The notes under the pieces were generated by a model. It did no database searches and was not told the DNA's origin. It worked only from the letters and a program-made list of their open reading frames with translations. Source: Haliotis rufescens (Eukaryota). Taken from it: a stretch of 64,000 nucleotides of DNA. Positions 24,900-37,511 of this stretch are shown here, piece after piece (positions within the stretch are counted from its first letter, which is position 1; each line of letters starts with the position of its first letter). The position numbers and the translations under genes were made by a program. Location: contig NW_025964372.1 in NCBI RefSeq assembly GCF_023055435.1, positions 41,106,001-41,170,000 of the forward strand, read 5' to 3'.

Positions 24900-26270
24900 A
24901 TAAACAATATTGGATTCAGTTTATAATCAACACAAAAGACCCAAGGAAAATCATGGCAATAGTTTCCAAATATAACTTCATAATGAGATCCCAATCTGCA
25001 TTCTATGGTAGAGCCTTGTCCAATATATCAATGAATAATGACAGTCCAGCATCACATCAAGGTTCGAGGTTGAGTTTGGTGGTCAAGGCTAAACTGCTTT
25101 ATTTGCCAAGACGCAAATTGTACATCATCAATATGGATGATGTCGAAGTGTTACAAAATTGGTTTCTATTCCCACAAAGTCCCAGCTCTGACATAACTGA
25201 TACTGATGAGCATCCTGTTAGTACATCAACCTGAACCAATGTCCAATAAGCTAAAGACACGATCCCCAGCATCCCAAATACATAACTTGTGATACCTGAC
25301 ATATTTACTGAATATGTTTGTCCTGACCCTGGAACAAGCTTGCCCTCCCATGCTGCAATATAGGAGACCGCTGCTCCCCAAGTTAATGACCACTGCTCAG
25401 ATAGAAATCCCAGCGGGATCTTCCATCAAAGGTAAGCCAAGTTGAAATCATCTCATAACCTCTAGTAATTGGGAAACAAACAGCCTCAGCACATTGCCTA
25501 CAGAAGCTTACTATCTAATATTAATCAATACATTTTCAATCACACAAAATAATGAAAACAAATTTTAGTCCTCCCTGGGGATGAGGTGTTCAAGAAGCTC
25601 CATTATACAAGCTGCCATGAGAACGAAAAGTCTGGGATTGCATGATACATGACATACAGGAAATATGGCTGGTTTTGTGAATCAGGAAGTTCAAGTTTCA
25701 AGTAGCTTCTAATTATCTCCTCCAGATAGGAAATTAAATATGAAGCAAATGTCAAGTAACAAAATATCTTACATCCTTATATTTCAATCCCTTTCTGGCA
25801 TAGGACGACGGGCATCTCTATTTTTATTGCAAGCACTCACTTAGTGGTTACTGTAACTTATTTGTGCATCAAATAGATTTGTAACTGCAAATACTTTGTC
25901 GCATACATACTTATCATAAATAACATAAACAGACACAGGAATTGTGCCTCTGTGCCATGAGAAGGTAGTGTATATAGGAGTTGCTGGTGATAACAGGCAT
26001 GACAATGTACAGAGGATGAGAGAGGAACAGCATCAAGTGGCAGAATTCATAGACAACAATATGCTCCATTGGACAAATGTGTAACAGATGTGAGCGTCAG
26101 GTCTCTGCAACAATAGCCTAGGTACACAAAGAATATTGAACTTTGATGAGGCATATTGGTTCCACTCACACTTTATAACAACCTTATTAAAACCTAACAT
26201 CAACTGACATGATAGTTTGCTTGTTGAATAGACACTATAAACCTTCCTAAATAGCTTGGTTGGCATAAAT
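24900..26270 (+). pseudogene. Possible very old LINE ORF2 remnant
   Basis: Weak ordered motifs: E-CASV (~25940), VQR..A-FIDNN..CVTD (~26005-26090, cf. VQRRAARFVxNNY..VT). Confidence 0.3.
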
Positions 26271-26284
26271 CATAATAGGGGGAA

Positions 26285-27140
26285 CAAGTTTTTGATATCA
26301 CCCATTCTAAATTCTCTCTGTTTGAATCGTATGTGAAAGGGGGGTCTGAGGTTTTGATGGCGATCATTCTAAAGTGCCATTGTTTGATTGGTATGTGAGA
26401 GAAGGAATGTGAGGTTTTGCAATCCCCTGTTCAGTTGGCATGTAAGCGAGGGAGGTCTGAGGTTTGGGTGGCACCCATTCTAAATTGTCTGATTGGTCTG
26501 TGAAAGAAGGCATCTGAGGTTTTGCTGACACCCATTCTAGATAGCCAGTTTGATAGGTCTGTGAGAGAAGGAGTGTGAGGTTTTGCAGGCAACCATAAGG
26601 GCATTTCTAAATCCCCTGTTCAGTTGGCATGTAAGCGAGGGAGGTCTGTGATTTTGCTGACATCCATTCTAAATCGCCAGTTTGATTGGTCTGTGAGAGA
26701 AGGCATCTGAGGTTTTGCTGACACCCATTCTAAATCCCCACCGTTTGATTGGTCTGTGAGAGAAGGCATCTGAGGTTTTGCTGACACCCATTCTAAATCC
26801 CCACCGTTTGATTGGTCTGTGAGAGAAGGCATCTGATGTTTTGCTGACACCCATTCTAAATCCCCACCGTTTGATTGGTCTGTGAGAGAAGGCACCTGAG
26901 GTTTTGCTGACACCCATTCTAAATCCCCACCGTTTGATTGGTCTGTGAGAGAAGGCACCTGAGGTTTTGCTGACACCCATTCTAAATCCCCACCGTTTGA
27001 TTGGTCTGTGAGAGAAGGCACCTGAGGTTTTGCTGACACCATTCTAAATCCCTAATGTTTGATTGGTCTGTGAGACAGCAGTGTCGAGATTTTGCAGGCA
27101 CCCATTTCCAAATTCCCTCTTTGATTAGTCTGTGAGGGAG
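26285..27140. repeat. Minisatellite, 63-bp unit; homogeneous core 26660-27075 with diverged edges
   Basis: Periodicity 26701, 26764; explains repetitive ORFs 26620-27042 and 26669-26980. Confidence 0.95.
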
Positions 27141-28195
27141 GGGCCAAATTTAATTTGCACCCGGTAGGATGAGGTAACAATAAGCACATTGCAATAGAGA
27201 AAGACAACTTATCATAAATAAAATACAATGAACAATTAAAACATTATTGTCTGGTTTGTCTGTAAGGACATGGCCTGAAGCAGTATTGTCTGGCACGCTC
27301 CACTATATCCACATTACAAACACATTCTTGTTAATGTGTATCAGATCAACCTCTCATGTACACTGACCCGTCACAGAAACTGCTACAGCCATCAACAGCA
27401 TTGAACCATTAGTTTACATTTACACCAGTATGAATGATGGCATGCACGACTTCACCTGGCACATGCGAAACTGTATTAAAAGACATAGCTCAGTAACACA
27501 GGCAAACATCCCAAGGTTGAACTATGACCTTCCAGCTTGTCGAACATCACACATGAGTGAGCATACAAAGGCTTAACGACATGGCCACTGAAGGCTGAGG
27601 TGTGAAGCAGTGGGGGAGGGACTATCGCACCCATTTCACAAGTTCCCAAGACATTTTCATCTATGATGAATTGTCTGTCAAAATGAACTGAACATGCAAA
27701 GAAGCAAAGCGTAGAAACTGTCAAAAGCAATAGTACTCTCCCTGCAAGAATTTGGGGTTTTGTTCTAATCTAGCTGCTACGATTGATAGGGATAACATTA
27801 TTGTCGTTTTATACTCAAAACCAGTCATCACCGGGTCTCAGAAGTGATCTGTCAAGCTTTACATTAAGTTATGGAAAACTTTAAAGAGAGTAAACATCAT
27901 AAGCTGAGACAAGTGTGAAATTTGCAGCGATGAATCCATACTATACAAAACTCAGTAAGCTTTAGTAATCTGAATCTGGCTTGACACTGCCAGCTTTTGT
28001 GATTGCTTCTGCTTGCAACATCACCATCTCTGTCATTTGAAGACTAGCTTACTGTTACAAAAATGATAACAATGGCAAATATTCTCTGTGACATCATCAC
28101 ACTCACTGACCATGGTCAATGTCCATGAATACAATATCAGAACGGGCTTTGAAGTAACATATTAAAATACAAATTTAAAACTATATTTTTTATTT

Positions 28196-28600
28196 GAAGA
28201 AGAAGATTTATTGTACATATACACCCTCAGGGGGCAGGGTACAAAACATGAACATGACTAATTAAAAACATTGACATACACAATAGAATACAAATATTGC
28301 TATGATTATATTGCTAGAGAGGAGATGCAGATTTTCTTTGCCTGAACATTTTGTGAATAAAATTGGAGATAATTTTTGCAAACGGCTCTGGTGGATTTAA
28401 TAGTATTATTGATGGATTAAAAACATTGCATAAAATATAACAAAAAAATACAGTTAATTCTTTGAAGTAATACTTAACCAAATGAATAGCATAACTGCAG
28501 GCTATTGCTAACATGTAACTAAATTATTCAACCCAGACGGAACATATTCAGACGCACAACTATATTCTCATATTTGTTGCAACCTACCTAAGCTAATATG
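28196..28600 (-). mobile_element. LINE 3' end (same family as 19058-19185) with decayed upstream sequence
   Basis: gaagaagaagatttattgtaca... is the reverse complement of the 19058-19185 end. Confidence 0.65.
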
Positions 28601-29094
28601 TTACTAAATCTAAAAAATGCAGAGTTGTTAACTGTTCCACTGTTACAGAGCTCCTTGTCCCCCAAGAAGGTAACCTGGTCAGTCCCCCTCCGTCCCCTGC
28701 ATAACACTGAGTGTCAACAAGGCTCCCCCTGGGCACTGCTTAATAATATTAATCCTTGTATATTATCCTCCTCATAATGGTACAGACAACTTAACTTCCA
28801 TCATAAACCGACTCTAGACATCCATCATGGCTGAAGTTTATCCACATAAAACATGTTTCTCCATGACCTAAGTGACAAGATAGAAGTATTGTAGCAACCA
28901 TAACGCTGTAAGAAACGCCATTGAATTCCTAGAGAGTGACAAAACACTCATACATTCAAAGTCACACTGGTTATCTTGTTATGATCCGACAGTGAGTGAG
29001 TGTGTGAGTGAAATGGTTTTACTCCATGGCAAGTAACACCTCATGGTTATATGACACAATACTGCATCCCTTGGGGCATTCATTATAGAATAGT

Positions 29095-29250
29095 GGGTGA
29101 GTGAGTGAGTGAGTGAGTTAGATATATATGCCACTATTAGCAATATTCCAGCAATATCACACCAGGGAACACAAGTAATGGGCATATTGTACCCATGTGG
29201 AGAATCTCACCAAGACTTTTGGCGTAAAGAGCGAGTGCTTTAACCACCAG
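29095..29250 (-). mobile_element. SINE-A, diverged
   Basis: (GAGT)n tail, agcaatattccagcaatatcac, ctttaaccac. Confidence 0.8.
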
Positions 29251-29319
29251 CCTCCATTTCCCTCCCCATATCCTCCAAACACCAGGCCTGTCATAAGAGT
29301 CAACTACTGAGGGGCAGGT

Positions 29320-29455
29320 GGTCTCAATGTGTGACCTGGTGGGTTGCGTCATCCTCCTCAAGAGTATGGATTGTTGCCCAACCTCCGCTTTGTCTGGCTC
29401 AGACTCTTCAGGTCCCTGATATATAGCTGGAATATTGCTGATTGGCGTAAAATAA
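29320..29455 (+). mobile_element. Family B-related old copy, tail-to-tail with next copy
   Basis: tgtctggctcagactc...tatagctggaatattgctgattggcgtaaaa. Confidence 0.6.
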
Positions 29456-29489
29456 CATTCATTCAAACAGCAAACTGCAGTTGTGATAG

Positions 29490-29758
29490 TTGGTTGATTG
29501 GTTTGTTGTTTAACGCCGCACTCAGCAATATTCCAGCTAAATGACAGCGGTCTGTAAATAATCGAGTCTGGACCAGACAATCCAGTGATTAATATCATGA
29601 TCATCGATCCACGCAATTGGGATCGATGAAATGCATCAACCAAGTCAGCGAGCCTGACCACCCGATCCCGTTAGTCGCCTTTTACGACAAGCATAGTCAC
29701 CTTTTACAGCAAGCATGGGTTGCTGAAGACCTATTCTACCCCGGAATCTTCACGGGTT
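29490..29758 (-). mobile_element. Family B, full length, near consensus
   Basis: TSD cagttgtgatag/cagtcatgatag. Confidence 0.92.
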
Positions 29759-29770
29759 CAGTCATGATAG

Positions 29771-29932
29771 TGTGAGTGAGTTTGGTTTTACGCCGCTTTT
29801 AGCAATATTCCAGCAATGTCACGGCGGGGGACACCAGAAATGGGCTTCACACATTGTACCCATGTCGGGAATCGAACCCGGGTCTTCGGCGTGACGAGCG
29901 AACGCTTTAACCACTAGGCTACCCGACCGCCC
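29771..29932 (-). mobile_element. SINE-A, full length, near consensus
   Basis: GGGCGGTCGGGTAGCCTAGTGGTTAAAGCGTTCGCTC-GTC-ACGCCGAAGACCCGGGTTCGATTCCC (A box, GTC anticodon position, B box); TSD cagtcatgatag. Confidence 0.95.
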
Positions 29933-30130
29933 CAGTCATGATAGAACAGGAGCACAAATGGCTGACAGTGTGAGTACTGATCCATACCGTCAGGGCACAA
30001 GAAGACGCAAGATCAGCCAGGCAGCTACATAATGTTGGTCTCAACAGAAGCAGGGAATAAGAACATGTTATAAAACTTTATAAGCCTGACCCCAACTTGG
30101 CCTCATGATACTTTTTCCATTAGGTCGACT

Positions 30131-30443
30131 ATGCTTGTTGTAAAAGGCGACTAACGGGATCGGGTGGTCAGGCACGCTGACTTGGTTGATGCATATCATC
30201 GATCCCATGCTTGCCACTAAAGGCGACTATGCTTGTCGTAAAAGGCGACTAACGGGATCGGGTGGTCAGGCTCGCTGACTTGCTTGATGCATGTCATCGA
30301 TCCCAATTGCGTGGATCGATGCTCATGATATTAATCACTAGATTGTCTGGTCCAGACTCGATTATTTACAGACCGCCGTCAAATAGCTGGAATATTGCTG
30401 AGTGCGGCGTTAAGCAACAACTAACCAACCAACCAACCAACCA
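30131..30443 (+). mobile_element. Family B, 5'-truncated with duplicated 5' segment
   Basis: 14-bp TSD ccattaggtcgact; segment 30131-30205 repeated at 30229-30305. Confidence 0.9.
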
Positions 30444-30769
30444 ACCATTAGGTCGACTGGTATTATTTGGTATCTCAACATTATTATGGCATAACTAAAA
30501 TCTCTTGGATAGCATTTGGGCCATCATATTCACAGTTAGTTCAGGGTACTCATGATATCTTCCCAGCGTTGAAGATAACAAAGAGATTCCATTTTTTTTA
30601 AATTGATGATATTAAACAGAACCTTAATCATAAAATCATGGAAATGTCCTAAGGCTATTTGTCTCAAGCAAAATATAGAAAAGTCAAATCAACCACGCAT
30701 GTGGGTTCATATTCACCAAATGATTTGTAATCAGCAACATGATTGCGATACTACGGCAACAGGAAAATA

Positions 30770-31460
30770 ATTAATCAAGCCAGGACAAGACAACTCAGTG
30801 GTGGATAGTTCGAGCAAAGATTTATTCCTAGCGGTATTCAAGCCACAACCTGACAACCCAGTGGTGGATAGTATTTGCAAAGAGCACCTGGTTTGTTTTT
30901 TCTGGTAGTAATCAGGCAACATGGCAACCCAGTAGTGGATAGTTTGAGCAAAGATCACCTGGTTTTTCCTAATGGTAATGTCAGGACCAGACAACCCAGT
31001 GGTGGATAGTATTTGCAAAGAGCACCTGTTGTTGTTTTTTCTGGTAGTAATCAGGTAACATGACAACCCAGTGGTGGATAGTTTGAGCAACAATCACCTG
31101 GTTTTTCCTAATGGTAATGTCAGGACCAGACAACCCAGTGGTGGATAGTTTGAGCAACGATCACCTGTTTTTTCCTAATGGTAATGTCAGGACCAGACAA
31201 CCCAGTGATGGATAGTATTTGCAAAGAGCACCTGGTTTGTTTTTTCTGGTAGTAATCAGGCAACATGGCAACCCAGTAGTGGATAGTTTGAGCAAAGATC
31301 ACCTGGTTTTTCCTAATGGTAATGTCAGGACCAGACAACCCAGTGGAGGATAGCATGAGCAAAGACACCTGTTTTTTCCTGGTTGAAATCAAGGGGAGAC
31401 AACCCAGTGGTGGATAGCATGAGCAAAAATCATTTGTTCTTTCCTGCTGGTAATCAAGCC
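30770..31460. repeat. ~62-bp minisatellite with alternating unit variants, derived from family B body
   Basis: ggaccagacaacccagtggtggatag units. Confidence 0.9.
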
Positions 31461-32149
31461 TGTTTTTCACAACTTTGTATTTCAAGCATCATGTTTTGTA
31501 TGTGCTCATTTTACATAAGTTCAGCCATGTGAAAAGATTTCCTCTTAATTCAAATCATCACATCAGCTGATGCATTTCAATCCAGCCTAGTATTTCTGGG
31601 GAACATCCTCTAACAACAATACATTACCACACAATACACAAGGGCGTTGGTTTTATAACAGGACTAAATTTCTTCATCAGTGCAATTTTGTCTGCTTACA
31701 ACACATTTCAATCACTAAGTCCCTCCTGATAACTATGTCATTTTTCGATGATTAAAATCCACTCAGGCTTAAAATACAAAGTCTTCCTTCACACAGGAAC
31801 TGGTGGAAAAGCTGGACAGTATTTCAAACCTTAATTGGACAGTCATTCAAGTATAAAATGTCCTGTCAAAATTGTCGCATGCTTCAATAACATCTTCACT
31901 ATCAAAGTCATTTTCACTCACTTTCACTTTGCGATATAGATTTGCTGAGAATTGACGATCTTTTGAAGGAAGACATTGATCAAAGAAAGGGGTGATTGTA
32001 TTGATGAAATCTTGACAGGCCACAGACTGCACAATAACAGCAATCGTTGGCCCTCAAACCCATCAACATATCTTTATATGTATTTGGCTGAATTAAAGAA
32101 TATGTTCATGAGTTATCCGAAGATAATGCTTGCAATTGTTGAACACTGA

Positions 32150-32400
32150 ACTCTGCAATATTCCAGCAAAATGACAGTGGCTTATAAATAATTGTGTCTG
32201 ATCAGATAAACAAGCAGTGGTAGAAACTAACATTTTTAGTCCACTAGTCCTTAAATAGCCAAGCCCTTACAAATGGCAAATTTATACTATTCCTTATGAG
32301 ACCTTAACTACTGGGCAGCTTGGCAAAGACAACACGACTAGTGCCAATTTCTAATGGTGACCAGTCATCAATATAAAGAGCAACATCCCAAGTCAGCGTC
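32150..32400 (-). mobile_element. Old family B copy interrupted by MITE M5a
   Basis: gcaatattccagc..aaataatt..tctgatcaga|MITE|accagtcatc..ccaagtcagcg. Confidence 0.65.
32215..32359 (+). mobile_element. MITE family M5a
   Basis: Homologous to 13041-13196; flanks ACAAG/ACCAG. Confidence 0.8.
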
Positions 32401-32541
32401 TCTGTCAACCTAGATTGATGTGATTGTATTAAGCCCACTTTAACTATTTGTTTTTTTTACATTTAATTCTTTGAGTGATGAACATTACCCACAACACACA
32501 CAGCAGCAACATGGGCAAGTGGGGCTCTACTCTACAGGAAG

Positions 32542-32680
32542 TGGGGCGGTCGGGTAGCCTAGTGGCCCGGGTTTGATTCCCGACATGGGTACAATGTGTG
32601 AAGCCCATTTCTGGTGTCCCCACGCCATGATATTGCTGGAATATTGCTAAAAGCGGCGTAAAACCATACTCACTCACTCA
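32542..32680 (+). mobile_element. SINE-A with deletion in the tRNA head
   Basis: TSD actctacaggaagt/actctactggaagt. Confidence 0.9.
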
Positions 32681-32894
32681 CTCTACTGGAAGTACATGTC
32701 ATGTACAGCTATATCAGGTAAATAAAAGCAACAAAACCCTTTCAGCCATAAGAAATCTCTGCTGAAAGCCGAGTTGATTGTACAATTCCAACTATATCAT
32801 GAGCATGTGTTTCTGAATCACTATCTAGTAGTGATGATATCAGATGTTCGCGAAAATGATATGACGCACTTCCAAATCTTCGTAGAAAGAATAT

Positions 32895-33050
32895 GCTCGA
32901 TTGTGGCTGGTGCTGCTGGAATATTGCTCAACATGAAGGGCAAATTGACTATAGGAATGTTGAAGTCACCCCTCTTGTCAGACAGTCTTGGGGAGAGCTT
33001 ATTGCCACTCTGAATCTTTATGCACAGATCTAAATATGAAACACATGTTA
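32895..33050 (-). mobile_element. Penelope-like element reverse transcriptase fragment
   Basis: VSYLDLCIKIQSGNKLSPRLSDKRGDFNIPIVNLPFMLSNIPAAPA matches the PLE RT C-terminal signature SYLDL..LYDKRDDFNFxIVNFPFLxSNIPxxPAY. Confidence 0.85.
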
Positions 33051-33186
33051 CCATCCATGTACACTGCAGCAACTAAGGACATGCCAGGTGAATGGGGCTC
33101 TACTCTACTGGAAGTAAATGAACAGCCGTATCAGGTACCAGTAGTATAGGAATGAAGTGAGTGAGTATGGTTTGATCATCATAATC

Positions 33187-33433
33187 AGTGAGTGAGTGAG
33201 TGAGTGAGTGAGTGAGTGAGTGAGTGAGTGAGTGAGTGAGTGAGTGAGTGAGTGAGTGAGTGAGTGAGTGAGTGAGTGAGTGTGGTTTCATGCTGCTTTT
33301 AGCAATATTCCAGCAATATCATGGCGGGGGATACCAGAAATGGGCTTCACACATTGTACCCATGTCGGGAATAGAACCCAGCTCTTCGGCTTGACGAGCG
33401 AACGCTTTAACCTCTTGGCTACCCGACCACCCC
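33187..33433 (-). mobile_element. SINE-A with tail expanded to about 24 (GAGT) units
   Basis: Perfect microsatellite 33187-33281 then family consensus. Confidence 0.93.
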
Positions 33434-34049
33434 TTATTCTGACACGGAGCTCTAAGTAGTTAGGAGGTTCCAAACCAGAAGCTTAATGGGGGTTCTATCG
33501 CTAATATAGGTCTCAATGCTATAGGCTTTTTCAACTACCATATATCCCTTTCATGGCATCACAGACTGACATCAAATAAGCACAGTTTTTATCTCTGAAC
33601 TTAGATGAAAACGAATTTGTTTGGCAATGTCAAACAGAATTAAGATGGAATTAAATCAACAAACACCCCAGCGGACAAAAAAATCTTTTTATGAAGATCT
33701 ATCCCCACTTGGCTGTTCATATGAAAACCTTTCCTATCTTTTTGTACAGATGGCAAGATAAAGACAAGACACATTACTGGAGTCAGAGTGGCAAATGAAG
33801 ACGAACTAACGAGGAGAAGAGGCGGAGGTGAGGGTAATGCAAACATCGCACCAAGTACTCCAGGAATTGAACAGCCCCTGTCCAAACCTCCTCAGACCCC
33901 TGTGGAAAACACTATGTGTAATTGAGCCATTGATGTGCCCAATAAAAAACACTGGGAGCAAATTTGGCTGCAGCAATCTGATAGAATTATTGACAGAGAC
34001 CTAACTCAACTGTACAGCTCGATACTGGAGGGTCCTTTGTAGGGACACA

Positions 34050-34825
34050 GTGTACATAATACCAGCAAGGAGAGGAGGACTGATGGCTGGTCCAGCAACA
34101 TGTTTCCACACACTTACATTACTGTACATAATACCAGAAGGGGAGGAGGACTGATGGCTGGTCCAGCAACATGTTTCCACACACTTACATTACTGTACAT
34201 AATACCAGCAAGGAGAGGAGGACTGATGGCTGGTCCAGCAACATGTTTCCACACACTTACACTACTGTACATAATACCAGCAAGGGGAGGAGGACTGATG
34301 GCTGGTCCAGCAACATGTTTCCACACACTTACACTACTGTACATAATACCAGCAGGGAGAGGAGGACTGATGGCTGGTCCAGCAACATGTTTCCACACAC
34401 TTACATTACTGTACATAATACCAGAAGGGGAGGAGGACTGATGGCTGGTCCAGCAACATGTTTCCACACACTTACACTACTGTACATAATACCAGCAAGG
34501 AGAGGAGGACTGATGGCTGGTCCAGCAACATGTTTCCACACACTTACACTACTGTACATAATACCAGCAAGGAGAGGAGGACTGATGGCTGGTCAAGCAA
34601 CATGTTTCCACACACTTTCATTACTGTACATAATACCAGAAAGGGAGGAGGAATGATGGCTGGTCCAGCAACATGTTTCCACACAGTTACACTACTGTAC
34701 ATAATACCAGCAAGGGGAGGAGGACTGATGGCTGGTCCAGCAACATGTTTCCACACACTTACACTACTGTACATAATACCAGCAAGGGGAGGAGGACTGA
34801 TGGCTGGTCCAGCAACATGTTCCTA
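34050..34825. repeat. Minisatellite, 71/72-bp unit, about 11 copies
   Basis: actgtacataataccagcaaggagaggaggactgatggctggtccagcaacatgtttccacacacttac; explains ORFs 34100-34864. Confidence 0.97.
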
Positions 34826-34855
34826 CACTTCTTCAAGTGGCATTTAGAAGTTAGT

Positions 34856-35022
34856 AGTGAGTGAGTGAGTTTGGTTTAACGCCGCTTTTAACAGTATACT
34901 AGTTATATCACGGCGTGTCAGCTTAATGTTGGAGGAAAGCCTGAAGCGATGCAGGTCTCAGATGTTTACCACTTCAGTGAAACCCACGAGCCCGGGTATG
35001 GTGCTGGGCCACCAGTGTCCCC
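34856..35022 (-). mobile_element. SINE-C with most of the head deleted internally
   Basis: TSD ttagaagttagta/ttagaagttggta. Confidence 0.9.
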
Positions 35023-36934
35023 TTAGAAGTTGGTATGATGGGTGATAGTTCTATGGATATACAACTTGTTTGTGCCCATGAATGTGTAGATACTAACACC
35101 ATTATCCAGCAAGTAATGTCTTGCTTGATCACATCACTTGCTTGATAACAGTGTTAGTATCTATACCGAAACGTCACATTCATAGTAATAAAGATGTTGT
35201 ATATCAGTACAACTATAATCTCCCTTGTTCATGTTTCTACACACTTACAATACTTCAGGGTAGCTTCTCAAACTGTACTGATAATGCATCCTACCATAAA
35301 CACTACCTGAAACAAAAACACTACGTACTTCACTGTAAAAAGCACACTCGAGAAAGAAATACACTCTTTGGAAAATTATCCACACAAAATGTAAATGTCC
35401 AAAATAATGTAAACAAATCACATCATTACATCCTCTTAAATAATGTAGCCATCAACAACAATTGCATATGTTTCTATATCTATGATTTCAAGCAATAAAT
35501 ACCCGTTCAGCCTAATCAAACTTTGACATTTTATGTATCATCAAATCTGTAATACTGATATTTTCTTGGATATTATCACACACAATACACAAAAAAACTC
35601 ATGAAATGAGGGAGAAAACTATGTATGATATCTTATTTTAGGTATAATGACCAAACTTTTTATACCCCACTCAAGTGGGTGTATATGTACAATAAAATTA
35701 TCTTATTACGTTTAAGAAGATTTTACAGAGTTAACAAAATAGGCACAAATTCCAGTCTGCAATAAGTGTTAAAAACACAATCCAGTCACATTTCAAAATT
35801 CAAAGGGTTAACAGGAAGTGGAGATGGCAGCCCTCAAAAATCTGTTGCGACCACACACAAGAGTCAATAAATCGGCTCTATCTTATATTTTATCAGGCCT
35901 TTGTTTTACCCTGTTGCATCCTGAAGCCTGTGAAGAATGGGAAACTCATAGGCTGCCTTCTGTATACATCACAATATAGGTGTAGTCTCTCGGAACCCTC
36001 ACAATGTTGCATCTAGGCATCATGTAGATAGGGAATAAATAACAGTAACACACACAAGGAGTAAATAGCAGCAACCGTCTTGTGTCTCCTGGGAAGTTAT
36101 TTATCATGTTGCTCAACAGTGCTAAACACATCTGTGTTCTGTATTCATAGGTATGATAAAGAAAGACATCGTGGAAAAATATGATACATATTTAGGTTCT
36201 GATTAGACTGGATTCAGAATAATAGTTGGTCAGTAGGAAATATATTTGTTAATTACTCATCTAAGAGAATTCACCTCAATACATGGCAAATCTTATATAG
36301 AGACACCAATAAAATTGTTTGTGTCTGTAAAAATTATCTATCTATTAATGTCTTATCTATCTATTAATGAATCTTTTATTTGATTTTCATTGCATATCAT
36401 TTTTTAAATATTTTTTCGGGGTTGGGGGTTAATTGGGTACAAAAACTGAAGGTGAATTTGAAGTCATCTGGGTTAAAATCATTTCTTCCTGCCTTCAGCA
36501 CATGAGGACTGACAAATAGTGACAATTAAAGCTCCCACTCTCTTTCATCCCTAACTTTAAAAGCTGTGGCGGGAAGAGTCCATGAATCAATGAAATACTG
36601 CACATGTCAGAATTCACCATCCTTTTCAACCTCATCAATGCTCAAGTATCTCAAGGAAAACGTTGATAAATCAACAACAAACAACTGGGTTAAATCTCAT
36701 TAAATTCCACAAAAACAAACCAACAACTATTCAATTTACACTTTTTCCAAGAGAATAATCCTCAGGCATAAAATTCTGAAGTTAGCATTCCATCCTCACA
36801 CACAGTAGTGTAGAAGGCATATAACCAACAGGCGAGAGTTCTCAAGGTGAGAAACCTTTGCAAGGTAGTCTGGCTTTGATGTATAATCCCACTGATCCTG
36901 AGACTTAGAGAACATCGCCCTAGCATACACCTGT

Positions 36935-37265
36935 GAAACTTGAGACAGGTACTAGTATAACATGTGGAAATATCGCCTCCATTTATACCATTCTTACTCT
37001 CTTTTCCTACTGATAGCAAAATGATTGTAAAATGTTGTAGGTCTATCTGATTTACAGGTATATGTTACTTGGTGCCACACACACTCGGACAATGATCGAA
37101 AACTTGAGACAGGTACTAGCATAAAATGTGGAAATATCGCCTCCATTTTATATCATTCTTACTCTTTTTTCCTACTGATAGCAAAATGATTGTAAAATGT
37201 TGTAGGTCTATCTGATTTAACAGGTATATGTTACTTGGTGCCACACACACTTGGACAATGATCGC
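36935..37265. repeat. Tandem duplication of about 165 bp
   Basis: aaacttgagacaggtactag...ggacaatgatcg present twice. Confidence 0.93.
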
Positions 37266-37315
37266 TACTGATAAAGTCCATCAGAGACCACATACAGAAT
37301 GATCAACATGCAACA

Positions 37316-37511
37316 TAGACTTGCTCAAGTCTCTAAGGCAAAAATTATTAGCTTAAATCATAATTTCTAGATTATGTAAATAATAAGAACAAGTTGTCCA
37401 TATAAGAGACTGGAGTCCTTACTGTCCACATATCTAGACTTGCCTTTTAGGAGGATAGAATTACAACACATCCATGGGCTTGTCTTTCAGTACAGCCTTG
37501 GAGCAAGGCTA
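37316..37511. mobile_element. ~190-bp MITE-like dispersed repeat (second copy 58978-59167)
   Basis: Imperfect TIR TAGACTTGCTCAAG/CTTGGAGCAAGGCTA. Confidence 0.75.

Noticed and set aside
29137-29661. Recurrent ORF MVRLADLVDACHRSQLRGSML...TGLSGPDSIIYRPPSYSWNIAECGVKQQ (also near 30262, 46386, 56078)
   Set aside because: Translation of family B starting at GTG; other copies are frameshifted or deleted; no evidence of coding constraint.
29860-29932. tRNA-Asp(GTC) gene
   Set aside because: Lacks a paired acceptor stem and continues into a SINE body with tail and TSD.
34100-34864. Repeat-protein ORFs
   Set aside because: Products of a 71/72-bp minisatellite with frame-shifting unit lengths.
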